From: a virus | Taxonomy: Duplodnaviria > Caudoviricetes | Length of the DNA: 46,581 nucleotides | Virus record (IMG/VR): IMGVR_UViG_3300020045_005628 | Coordinates: 1 to 46,581 of that record | Strand: one strand, 5' to 3' | In this document: piece by piece, positions 17,445-25,321 of the stretch | Layout: every line of letters begins with the position of its first letter | How positions within the stretch are numbered: position 1 is the stretch's first letter | Position numbers and translations under genes: made by a program | The notes under the pieces: model-generated | Databases searched by the model: none | Seen by the model: the letters and a program-made list of their open reading frames with translations, nothing else | Told to the model about the DNA's origin: nothing

Positions 17445-17815
17445 TTGTTTATCTTTTTTTCTATAGTGATAATAGCGAATATAAGCAAAGTTATAGAAAA
17501 AATAGTTACCTCGTATATTTGCCCATAAAGTTCGTAATGTTTAGGAAAAAGTTCGTTACACAATATGTTAAAAGAATTTACAAAAATCATACACGGAGGT
17601 AGCAAACGTGTTAAGTCACAATATCTTTTATTAAAGGAAAAACGCTCTATAAAAATAATATCACAAGCTATTGAAAAACCTCCAAAATTACCCCATGTAG
17701 TAAAATCAAACACAATTCCAAACCAAGGGAATACAACAGATAAAACACTTACTCCCATCATAAAATATAAGAGTAAGTGAACTGTTTGGCTTAAAAAGTG
17801 TTGTAAATATTTCAT
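17441..17815 (-). CDS. Multi-pass membrane protein of the lysis cassette
   Basis: 3-4 hydrophobic segments. Confidence 0.6.
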   Translation of the reverse strand: MKYLQHFLSQTVHLLLYFMMGVSVLSVVFPWFGIVFDFTTWGNFGGFSIACDIIFIERFSFNKRYCDLTRLLPPCMIFVNSFNILCNELFPKHYELYGQIYEVTIFSITLLIFAIITIEKKINK

Positions 17816-18060
17816 TATGGCTTTGGTGGGTTTTTAATTCCTCCGCCTCCGATATCTTCCGGAGCATCTGCAACGTTTTTTGTTCCGCTAACATTATGAT
17901 CCTTAGCTAAAACACCAAACACAATAAATCCAATACCCAACCATAATTGCCCGCCTGTTTTTTCAGTAAAATATCCAGCGTTATAAGCCTGTACAACTGC
18001 GTCTATAATAGGATAAGCAGACATAGCAACTCCTGCAATTGTTGTTTTCCAATTTTTCAT
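17815..18060 (-). CDS. Putative holin (2 TM)
   Basis: MKNWKTTIAG...LGIGFIVFGVLAKD motif of small phage holin-like proteins. Confidence 0.6.
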   Translation of the reverse strand: MKNWKTTIAGVAMSAYPIIDAVVQAYNAGYFTEKTGGQLWLGIGFIVFGVLAKDHNVSGTKNVADAPEDIGGGGIKNPPKP

Positions 18061-18074
18061 TTTTATATTTGTTT

Positions 18075-20381
18075 TTAATTATACACTCTTATTTCTAATG
18101 TCATTAAATTTATGATTCCGTCTGTTGGAGTTATTCCACTATTCGAAACCATATTAATTGTATTGCTGTCTAACCTAGACAGTATTACAGATATAGGTGT
18201 CACGCTATTAACAGCATTATTGCTCCAATGAAATGACACTTTATTTGCAGGGAACGCACCTGTTAATGTGCCTTGGTAACTTCCCACTCCTGCTCTACTC
18301 CATACAATCGCACCGCTTAATTGATTTTCAAAAGTAGTTATAACCCCCGGCATACTTGTGCCTGGTTGAGTTATTGATACTAGATAAGTTTTATACGGTC
18401 TAGAATTTAATAAAGCATCGTTACCGTTTAATTTCTGAATAGCCTGCAAAACTGTATCTGTGCTCGCTACTGTCCCGGCTCCTGAAACATAGCCTGTTAA
18501 AAGATTTAATGCCTTTGCATTTAATTGCGTTTGAATAGCACTAGTTACCCCTTTACCATACGATAACTCTGTTAAACTCGGATATGTAGCTAATGGCAAA
18601 GATTTTAAAACCTTACTTGCGTCAAAGCTCGCTATTGTGCTGGCTGTTTCTCCTGATACTACTATTGCCGGAGTTGTAACGGTTCCTGTAAACGTAGGAC
18701 TTGCCAAAGGTGCGTATTCGCCATGTGCTGTATAAGCAGACAAAGCAGGATAAACATAAGCCGGAACATCAGCAGATGTAAACGAATCGGCAAAAGTAAT
18801 TGTTTGCGGTGCTCCTGGTGTATTTGTAGACACTAACCCCCCGTAATGATTGCCAACGTTAACCATATATGCAGGAGTAGTTCCGCTAATTCTGAAAGAA
18901 TACACGCTACCGTAAGCCTGACAACCTCTGTTAAACATGTAAGATGTGGATCCTACTAATGGCTGAATGTTAAAATCAATATTAGCTGTATCGATAGATG
19001 GAACTGCACTATTAAAACTTTCACAACCTACATTGTAAGTTATCCCGCCGCCTTGGTCTGCTACGTTAGGCCCATAATTGTTGTAGTATTTACAATTTAA
19101 TCTTAACGGAAATGCGCCTTGATGCGCACTACTGCCATTAACTGAGTTAGATGTGCCACGAAGACCATTATTAAAAGCCTGGCAGTTTATTTCTACAATA
19201 TTCATAGGGTTGGCATAATCACCTACATAGTTAAACCCGTCTCTTGAATTTCCATAAGAAACGCAATTTTCGAACATTGTAAGTTTGTTATATCGAACCC
19301 TAGAGCCTTCACCACCGTTACCAATGTAATTACTGGATTGAGCGTATAAAAATTTACAATTATCACTCAATGCTACCATAGTAGAATTACTTCCGTCTTG
19401 GGAGTCTGAACCGTGCGATCCGCTTGTCAAACCACCGCCTATAAAAGTAATATCTTTGACATAGTTATACCCTGCATTTGCGCTATAATTGGCATTGGCA
19501 GTACTGGCAGGGATTAAAACATTACTATCAGGCACACGTCCATCTTTTAGATTTATCGTTATGGTACTCACATTTTTGTAAAAAGTACCTAATTCTGCGA
19601 TACAATCCGCCTGTGTGAAAACCTCTTTTAATTTTAAAGGGAATCCGTAAGAATCAGTATATTTTAAATCTACCGCAAGTGTATTACTTGTTACTACTGC
19701 GGAATAAGCAGTACCTGAGACTAAGGTAAAAGTAGGGAATACTGCTGGCGCATTTGTTACAATAGAAACACCATCCGAAGCACCTATTACAAAAAAATCA
19801 TCTGTATTTGTAAAGGATGTGTTAAGATCACCCCAACTGCTTAAATGTACGCCTTTTGAAAGATAAATTAATCTTGCGCCAATACCATAAGCATAAGATA
19901 TAGTTTTAAATGCTGTTGCAGGTGTTTTTCCATCATTGGCATTGTTACCACTTGCAAAATTTACATAGTACGGTAGCATTTTACTAATTTTGTCGCTCAC
20001 TAATGACGAGACTTTGAAATCAGTATAGTATCGACTGTTTTTTTCATAGATATTAAAAGGCCTAAATGTAAATAAATCAGGATATTCTACTTTAACACGG
20101 GTGTTGTAAATATTACCAAAAGCGGTATTAATACCTGATAAATGCCCACCAATTGTTGATGCAGTTGGAGTGTAATTATTAGGAGTTGTTGTAATTGGTA
20201 TGTTTATAGGCTGTATCCAATTTATCTGCTTATTATCTTCCTGAACACTTATTTTAGTAGCGGTTGTGCTTTCAATATTTGTGTTAAGGGTAATTTTTCC
20301 GAAAGGCGTAGGATTAACTGGAAATGTTTGCGCTTGCAAAAATCCAGTTGTAAGTAATAATAATAAAAGTATTTTTTTCAT
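18075..20381 (-). CDS. Tail fibre/tailspike-like protein with beta-helix domain and N-terminal signal peptide
   Basis: MKKILLLLLLTTGFLQA-Q leader; central N/C-rich beta-helix-like repeats; APLASPTFTGT and ELSY.KGVTSAIQTQLNAK fibre motifs. Confidence 0.7.
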   Translation of the reverse strand: MKKILLLLLLTTGFLQAQTFPVNPTPFGKITLNTNIESTTATKISVQEDNKQINWIQPINIPITTTPNNYTPTASTIGGHLSGINTAFGNIYNTRVKVEYPDLFTFRPFNIYEKNSRYYTDFKVSSLVSDKISKMLPYYVNFASGNNANDGKTPATAFKTISYAYGIGARLIYLSKGVHLSSWGDLNTSFTNTDDFFVIGASDGVSIVTNAPAVFPTFTLVSGTAYSAVVTSNTLAVDLKYTDSYGFPLKLKEVFTQADCIAELGTFYKNVSTITINLKDGRVPDSNVLIPASTANANYSANAGYNYVKDITFIGGGLTSGSHGSDSQDGSNSTMVALSDNCKFLYAQSSNYIGNGGEGSRVRYNKLTMFENCVSYGNSRDGFNYVGDYANPMNIVEINCQAFNNGLRGTSNSVNGSSAHQGAFPLRLNCKYYNNYGPNVADQGGGITYNVGCESFNSAVPSIDTANIDFNIQPLVGSTSYMFNRGCQAYGSVYSFRISGTTPAYMVNVGNHYGGLVSTNTPGAPQTITFADSFTSADVPAYVYPALSAYTAHGEYAPLASPTFTGTVTTPAIVVSGETASTIASFDASKVLKSLPLATYPSLTELSYGKGVTSAIQTQLNAKALNLLTGYVSGAGTVASTDTVLQAIQKLNGNDALLNSRPYKTYLVSITQPGTSMPGVITTFENQLSGAIVWSRAGVGSYQGTLTGAFPANKVSFHWSNNAVNSVTPISVILSRLDSNTINMVSNSGITPTDGIINLMTLEIRVYN

Positions 20382-20391
20382 ATAATTTGTT

Positions 20392-21108
20392 TTAAATGTT
20401 TCCAACGGCTACTATTTCGTCATTAGCAACTAAAGTTATAGTCGGCAAAATGGTCAATATATTTCCTGTTATTGTGTAATTTATATCTTTTTTAATAGGA
20501 TAGCTATTGTAAAAAACTAAATTTACTTTTGCTCCTGCTCCTAAAGTAAATGTTTGCGCTCCTGTTGTGTAAACAAATAATTGATTGTAGCTTCCGGCAC
20601 CTGCAGGTGCATCTACAAATTCATATGCGGTTGCTCCTGCATTTACTTTTAGCATTTTATTTGCAACTAAAGGACTTGGAAATTGATCTAATTTTGATAC
20701 ATCAGGAATATCAGTATAGTCTAATCTTAATTGAGCTTCATTAACTACTGGAATACGTCCATTTTGACCAAAAAACGGCTGCGTATCTGTTAATCCTTCA
20801 TAAGTTGTTGAGCCGCCACCGCCCGAAGCATCACGCCACGCATAAAAATCAATAGAATCTAATTTAGCAATTAAATCATCCATTGACGATGCAACTGGCA
20901 AAGGTGAGCCATCAATTAAAGTAACGTTCCCAAATGTTATATTTTGCTGTCTAATTATTGAAGCTCCTGAAAACGTTTTAAAATGGCATAAATCACCCAC
21001 TCCAGTCATGTCATTACGGTCATTTGTAACTATATTAACGGTATCGCCATTAACGACAAAATCGTAATATCCGAAAGATTTTTTTGTAATTGTGAGTAAG
21101 TTTGCCAT
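20392..21108 (-). CDS. Putative tail/fibre structural protein
   Basis: Position in the tail module; Gly hinge and beta-rich C-terminus. Confidence 0.55.
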   Translation of the reverse strand: MANLLTITKKSFGYYDFVVNGDTVNIVTNDRNDMTGVGDLCHFKTFSGASIIRQQNITFGNVTLIDGSPLPVASSMDDLIAKLDSIDFYAWRDASGGGGSTTYEGLTDTQPFFGQNGRIPVVNEAQLRLDYTDIPDVSKLDQFPSPLVANKMLKVNAGATAYEFVDAPAGAGSYNQLFVYTTGAQTFTLGAGAKVNLVFYNSYPIKKDINYTITGNILTILPTITLVANDEIVAVGNI

Positions 21109-21119
21109 TTACCTAAAAA

Positions 21120-21638
21120 TTAAAGTTTCATTATGTAAAGCGTAACTAAGTAAGGCTGCATGTTTTTATCAGTTCCCGAAACACCTGAAGAAGATACAGC
21201 TACATTTACATTAAGTCCTATACCTCCTGATTCTGCTTGTGCTCTCTGTCTAACGATGCCATCACCGCTACCGGTAGCTATATTAGTATCTCCTATAGTT
21301 GAATGCGAGTGCGCCACAACAACCGCATCTTTACTTCCTCCTGTTGCTCCCAAAGTAGGATAATTTGAAATATCATAGCCAACTCCTACCCGACCACTAC
21401 GATTTCGAGTTCCGTTGTTTCCGTTACAAATAGCCCATCCTAAACGCTCATTAGTTCCTAGTCCTGTTACATCAAAGTTGGCAGCGATATAAGCCGTAGA
21501 AACATCAATTTCTTTAACATCTCCTGTAACTCCGGTTCCTTCAGATAAAGCCTTTAAGGCATTTCTAACCTTTAACGCTGTGTTTGGTACTCCATCAGCA
21601 ATTAAATCTATAATATCGTTTATTTCATCTACTGTCAT
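21120..21638 (-). CDS. Tail collar/baseplate fibre protein
   Basis: GWAICNG.NGT....GRV.VG...TGG...HSH...NMQPY.....IMKL. Confidence 0.75.
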   Translation of the reverse strand: MTVDEINDIIDLIADGVPNTALKVRNALKALSEGTGVTGDVKEIDVSTAYIAANFDVTGLGTNERLGWAICNGNNGTRNRSGRVGVGYDISNYPTLGATGGSKDAVVVAHSHSTIGDTNIATGSGDGIVRQRAQAESGGIGLNVNVAVSSSGVSGTDKNMQPYLVTLYIMKL

Positions 21639-21644
21639 AATATT

Positions 21645-22472
21645 TTATGTATAAAGGTAAAAATCGTCTCCTAACCAATCAGCTGTATCGAAATCTCCAT
21701 TATCTTCGTCCGGTTCAACAAAAACATCATTCGGATGAAAGTTAACTGTAAAAGCCATATATCCGAAATTTTCCTGTGATACTTTTCTAGGTAATTCAGG
21801 TGTTTCTTTTAGGCTGGCACGAACTGAATTTATATAAACGTATGGTAATCCTAATATTCTTTTTAACTGAATTAAACCTGATTTTGGCATTTTCTCAGTA
21901 CGCCAATATTCAATTTCTCCATCTTCTAATGATGCCGTAACCCAGCTTTTTGTGGAAATCTCATAATAAGATTCTAATTCCTGTAATAAATCAGGTTCGT
22001 CAAACCAAGCCTGAAAACCGATCGATTGCAATTCATCGGTTCTATTGTACTTATAATTTATCTGACAGGTTTTTTCTGAACCTTCTGCCGTTATTTTAAA
22101 AGGTTGGCTGTAAAATGTATCCCCAACAGCTTGGGTAATCATTAAATAAATTAATTCACTACCAAAATCCAAAGGAATGTTTTTTAAAGACCAAATAAAT
22201 TGAGGCGAACCATCATCAGAATTTACCTGAATAGGTTCGACTAAAAATGAATCCGTAATATCTCCTAATTCATCACCACACATTGACATTACTTTAACTG
22301 TCCAATCCTCTAAATTAATACCTCCTGATACATTGGTAACTTGAATGTATTTGCTTGGATTATTTGGTAATAACTGAACACCATCAAAGCAATAGAATCT
22401 ATTTCTTTGAGAGTTTTTGAAATACATCGCTTTTTCAAGTGATTTTTCGATTGCTATTACTGGATTTACCAT
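21645..22472 (-). CDS. Putative tail/baseplate protein
   Basis: 275-aa acidic ORF heading the distal tail operon; synteny only. Confidence 0.5.
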   Translation of the reverse strand: MVNPVIAIEKSLEKAMYFKNSQRNRFYCFDGVQLLPNNPSKYIQVTNVSGGINLEDWTVKVMSMCGDELGDITDSFLVEPIQVNSDDGSPQFIWSLKNIPLDFGSELIYLMITQAVGDTFYSQPFKITAEGSEKTCQINYKYNRTDELQSIGFQAWFDEPDLLQELESYYEISTKSWVTASLEDGEIEYWRTEKMPKSGLIQLKRILGLPYVYINSVRASLKETPELPRKVSQENFGYMAFTVNFHPNDVFVEPDEDNGDFDTADWLGDDFYLYT

Positions 22473-22486
22473 ATTTAGTATAAAAT

Positions 22487-22542
22487 AAAAAACGGAAATA
22501 ACCCCTGTTGAGATTATTTCCGTGTTCTGTTAGGCAAATATA
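22487..22542 (-). promoter_or_regulatory. Promoter (TATATTTG 22535-22542) followed by a leader terminator hairpin
   Basis: AACACGGAAATAA...TTATTTCCGTTTTTT; related to 31270-31325. Confidence 0.65.
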
Positions 22543-22552
22543 GTAATTTTAT

Positions 22553-23446
22553 TTAACCTTTTAAAGACTTTTTTATTTGTCGTGCTTCAATACGTAATTT
22601 TTCAATTTCTTTACCTATTTCGATTTGTCTGTTTTTAAGTTTTTTATTGTCAGTATTACAAACAGGATCTTTAATTAAATAATTTCCATTTCCTTTATAC
22701 TCTAAGTTGTACTCTATTCCATTGACAAAAACAGTTTTTAAATCATTAATTGTTAGCTTAGGTAATATTCTTTCAAAACTACAATATTTAAAATCATCTT
22801 TAGGTATAGGACTGCAGTTATTCTCACAATCAATTTTAGGCTTACACACCCTTTGTAACTCCTTATCGGCTTTTAGCATTTGTTCGTTGAAGTCACTACT
22901 TAAATCAGGTTGTGTTTGTTTTTTGTTTTTTATTAAATCAGACATTATTTTTTCGTCTAAATACTTACTAAACAAAAATCTTCCACTAACTTCTTTACCA
23001 TCAACAGGAGCAAACCCGAACGGCTGAGAATCATTTAAACCTTTTTCTTTTAAGAATTTGTTTAGCTGTTTGCTCCATTCTTCGTAAAATTGTGTTTTTC
23101 CGGACCTAAAACCACCTTCATAAAAAACATTTTTAATTTCATTTAATACATTTTCATTTTGTTTATTATCAGGAAACTTTATATCCCCTTTTTTTAAAGC
23201 CATTTCAAAAGCATCCATTAAATGGCTTCTTGCATCTTCTTTTGCTTTAGGATTATCGAAAATGTGTTCTTGGTACTTTATACTATCCTGAATAATTTCA
23301 GGCTTGTTAATGCTTCCTTTTTTGTAATCCGGAATAGGTTTTGGTGTCATAGCTAATTTTTCAATTTGCCTTTTCTCTAACTCAATTGCTGATTTAAAAA
23401 GATCGTTAATGGAATTGATTAATTTGATGATTCCTTTTGTTTTCAT
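22553..23446 (-). CDS. Hypothetical mosaic protein with terminase-like and tape-measure-like motifs
   Basis: 297-aa ORF containing PIPDYKKG, SHLMDAFEMA and YEGGFRSGKT. Confidence 0.7.
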   Translation of the reverse strand: MKTKGIIKLINSINDLFKSAIELEKRQIEKLAMTPKPIPDYKKGSINKPEIIQDSIKYQEHIFDNPKAKEDARSHLMDAFEMALKKGDIKFPDNKQNENVLNEIKNVFYEGGFRSGKTQFYEEWSKQLNKFLKEKGLNDSQPFGFAPVDGKEVSGRFLFSKYLDEKIMSDLIKNKKQTQPDLSSDFNEQMLKADKELQRVCKPKIDCENNCSPIPKDDFKYCSFERILPKLTINDLKTVFVNGIEYNLEYKGNGNYLIKDPVCNTDNKKLKNRQIEIGKEIEKLRIEARQIKKSLKG

Positions 23447-23462
23447 GGTTTAGTTTTTTGAA

Positions 23463-23600
23463 TTAATTTGTAATAACAATCGTTGTAGGTATAATAATAG
23501 CAAAAACAGCAATAAAATGTAACGCCCATATAAAAACAGATGTTAACCATCCTAAATCCTTTGGGCATTCTATAAATAATTCGTGAAAATAATTTTTCAT
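23463..23600 (-). CDS. 45-aa membrane micro-protein
   Basis: MKNYFHELFIECPKDLGWLTSVFIWALHFIAVFAIIIPTTIVITN. Confidence 0.5.
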   Translation of the reverse strand: MKNYFHELFIECPKDLGWLTSVFIWALHFIAVFAIIIPTTIVITN

Positions 23601-23603
23601 AAT

Positions 23604-23711
23604 TTACTTTTTAGCTTGTTTTTTAATTAAACTATCAGCGTAAGTTTTGGCTTTCTGTTTAGTTTCTTTTGATGTTTCTGAAAGGATTTTTGATGCGGTT
23701 TTGCTTCTCAT
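23604..23711 (-). CDS. 35-aa basic micro-protein
   Basis: ATGA-coupled; MRSKTASKILSETSKETKQKAK... Confidence 0.5.
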   Translation of the reverse strand: MRSKTASKILSETSKETKQKAKTYADSLIKKQAKK

Positions 23712-23980
23712 AATAAATTTAATTGATTAGGAATTAAAACGCCTTTTACGGTTTGTGTTTTATTTGAGTTAATTTCAAACTCACCGTTTTTTATACGCTT
23801 TAAAAGATTAGAATTAACCATACGACTAAGAACATCGCCAACGTGTTTTTGTTCATTACAGTAATAGAAACTACCAATTAATTCAACAGCTTGCTTCTTA
23901 GTTATTTTGTTGTTATTCTTAAAAGCAAAATCTAATAGCATTTTTTGTTTATCTCCTATCATAATATTTCTTTTTTCCAA
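23708..23980 (-). CDS. Winged-helix DNA-binding protein
   Basis: KQKMLLDF....NKITKKQAVELI...VLSRMVNSNLLKRIKNGEF wHTH pattern. Confidence 0.65.
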   Translation of the reverse strand: MEKRNIMIGDKQKMLLDFAFKNNNKITKKQAVELIGSFYYCNEQKHVGDVLSRMVNSNLLKRIKNGEFEINSNKTQTVKGVLIPNQLNLL

Positions 23981-24153
23981 AATCCATCACGGAATTTATC
24001 GCTTTTTGGTTCAGTACTCGTTTCAGTTGTATAATCAACTTCTAAAAGTTCTTTATCGATTGCAATTACAGTTCCAAAAGCGCGTTTATCATCGTATTCA
24101 AAGTAAACTATATCGCCTGGATTTATCTGTTTAGGGTCTGAAAATAAGCTCAT
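23959..24153 (-). CDS. Small SH3/Tudor-like protein
   Basis: PGDIVYF......GTVIAI beta-barrel-like pattern. Confidence 0.55.
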   Translation of the reverse strand: MSLFSDPKQINPGDIVYFEYDDKRAFGTVIAIDKELLEVDYTTETSTEPKSDKFRDGFWKKEIL

Positions 24154-24408
24154 TTATTTTCTTTTTTTTACTTCATCACTCCATACATAACGCTCCTGAA
24201 TCTTAACTATTCCTATTTTAACCAAAAGACCAACGAACAAGTAAGCCGATGCGTTTGTAACTCCGTTTGATGCAGCGTGATTTAACAACTCTGTAATGCT
24301 AAATTCTTTCATCGATGCAACGCATTCTATTAAACTTGTGCGTTCTTTTGTCCTACGCATTTTATTTGCTGTTATGTAGGCTTCTATTTGGGTTTTTATT
24401 GATTGCAT
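24154..24408 (-). CDS. Truncated Fur-family protein (N-terminal winged-helix domain only)
   Basis: Y..AN..R.T.ER..LIE......FS..EL......V..AS.Y....LLV..GIV aligns by eye with the Fur DNA-binding domain; no C-terminal metal/dimerisation domain. Confidence 0.7.
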   Translation of the reverse strand: MQSIKTQIEAYITANKMRRTKERTSLIECVASMKEFSITELLNHAASNGVTNASAYLFVGLLVKIGIVKIQERYVWSDEVKKRK

Positions 24409-24411
24409 ATT

Positions 24412-24606
24412 TTAAATTTCTACATATATTTTTACATCTACTCTTTCAGGAATTTTGTTTCCAGAACCACCTTCAATAAAATACGTTTGGTTTACATTTA
24501 TTGAAATATCACAATCACCATTTCTATTTATGAAATCTAATACTAATCTTTGTACTGCGGCTTCTAACTGGTTGATTTCTTTTTTAATTTCTTCTGTTTT
24601 TGTCAT
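24412..24606 (-). CDS. Hypothetical protein
   Basis: 64-aa ORF. Confidence 0.65.
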   Translation of the reverse strand: MTKTEEIKKEINQLEAAVQRLVLDFINRNGDCDISINVNQTYFIEGGSGNKIPERVDVKIYVEI

Positions 24607-24623
24607 TTTTAGGTTTTTAATAA

Positions 24624-24716
24624 TTAATATTTACATACCCAAATTAGCAAGGCTAATCCAGCAAAGAAAGCGAATATTACATATGCACATCCTTTCATTT
24701 CTTCTTTTTCTTCCAT
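24624..24716 (-). CDS. 30-aa single-TM micro-protein
   Basis: MEEKEEMKGCAYVIFAFFAGLALLIWVCKY. Confidence 0.45.
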   Translation of the reverse strand: MEEKEEMKGCAYVIFAFFAGLALLIWVCKY

Positions 24717-24720
24717 TGTG

Positions 24721-24852
24721 TTAATATTTACAGATATTCCCTTTGTTCCCGAAAAGAAACTTTGATACTCCGTTGTAAACTCTTTCTAAATCTGAATTAA
24801 TAGTGATTAATAAAGATAAAGCAATTACTGATAAAAATAATGTTGTTGTCAT
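24721..24852 (-). CDS. 43-aa micro-protein with N-terminal hydrophobic segment
   Basis: MTTTLFLSVIALSLLITINSDLERVYNGVSKFLFGNKGNICKY. Confidence 0.5.
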   Translation of the reverse strand: MTTTLFLSVIALSLLITINSDLERVYNGVSKFLFGNKGNICKY

Positions 24853-24890
24853 AATGGTTTGTTTTTAATTGTTATTTGTTTAAAAAAAAA

Positions 24891-24921
24891 AGCCTTTTTA
24901 CATCATGCTCAGGATTGGTGG
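24891..24921 (-). other. Repeated 31-nt RNA motif (copy 2)
   Basis: 27/31 identical to 1528-1558; followed by a long U-run. Confidence 0.6.
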
Positions 24922-24925
24922 TGTT

Positions 24926-25180
24926 TTACTTAGATTCTATTTCATCGTTAAAAACAGAGCTTTTTAAATCTTCTAAATTAGCAAAAACTTCTTGTTCTTT
25001 TAAAATATTGTATCCAACAGCGTAAACTATTTGCTTTTCTCCTTCGGGTACTTTGTACGTTGTATAATCAATTTTCACCTCTCCTTCTATAGAGATAATA
25101 GACTTTACTTCTCCTGATTGAGGTTTGTTTGATTGCATAAAAAATACAGTTGTTCCGATTTTAAAGTTTTCTTTTTTCAT
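24926..25180 (-). CDS. Hypothetical protein
   Basis: 84-aa ORF, first gene of the accessory operon. Confidence 0.7.
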   Translation of the reverse strand: MKKENFKIGTTVFFMQSNKPQSGEVKSIISIEGEVKIDYTTYKVPEGEKQIVYAVGYNILKEQEVFANLEDLKSSVFNDEIESK

Positions 25181-25217
25181 AATTTTAATTGTTTTTAGAT
25201 TAGTTATTTTGATACTG

Positions 25218-25299
25218 TAAAAATAGTAAATTATACTTTACCGCCAAACTTATTTATACTTTTTTTAGTTAAGTAGTGTTATTTAAAACGGTTCTTAAT
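25218..25299 (-). promoter_or_regulatory. Promoter of the mini-Fur operon with partial 13-bp operator and 19-bp palindrome (25281-25299)
   Basis: -7 candidates at 25218-25225 or 25245-25252; ATTTAAAACGGTTCTTAAT. Confidence 0.55.
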
Positions 25300-25321
25300 A
25301 GTTGGAAGCTAAAAAATCAGG

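Noticed and set aside
18075-21638. Diversity-generating retroelement or invertible tail-fibre cassette
   Set aside because: No reverse transcriptase, no template/variable repeat pair and no invertase or flanking inverted repeats seen
22553-23446. Functional P-loop NTPase or second terminase
   Set aside because: The Walker A-like motif lacks a following Walker B and alpha/beta core, and the motif order is incompatible with a terminase
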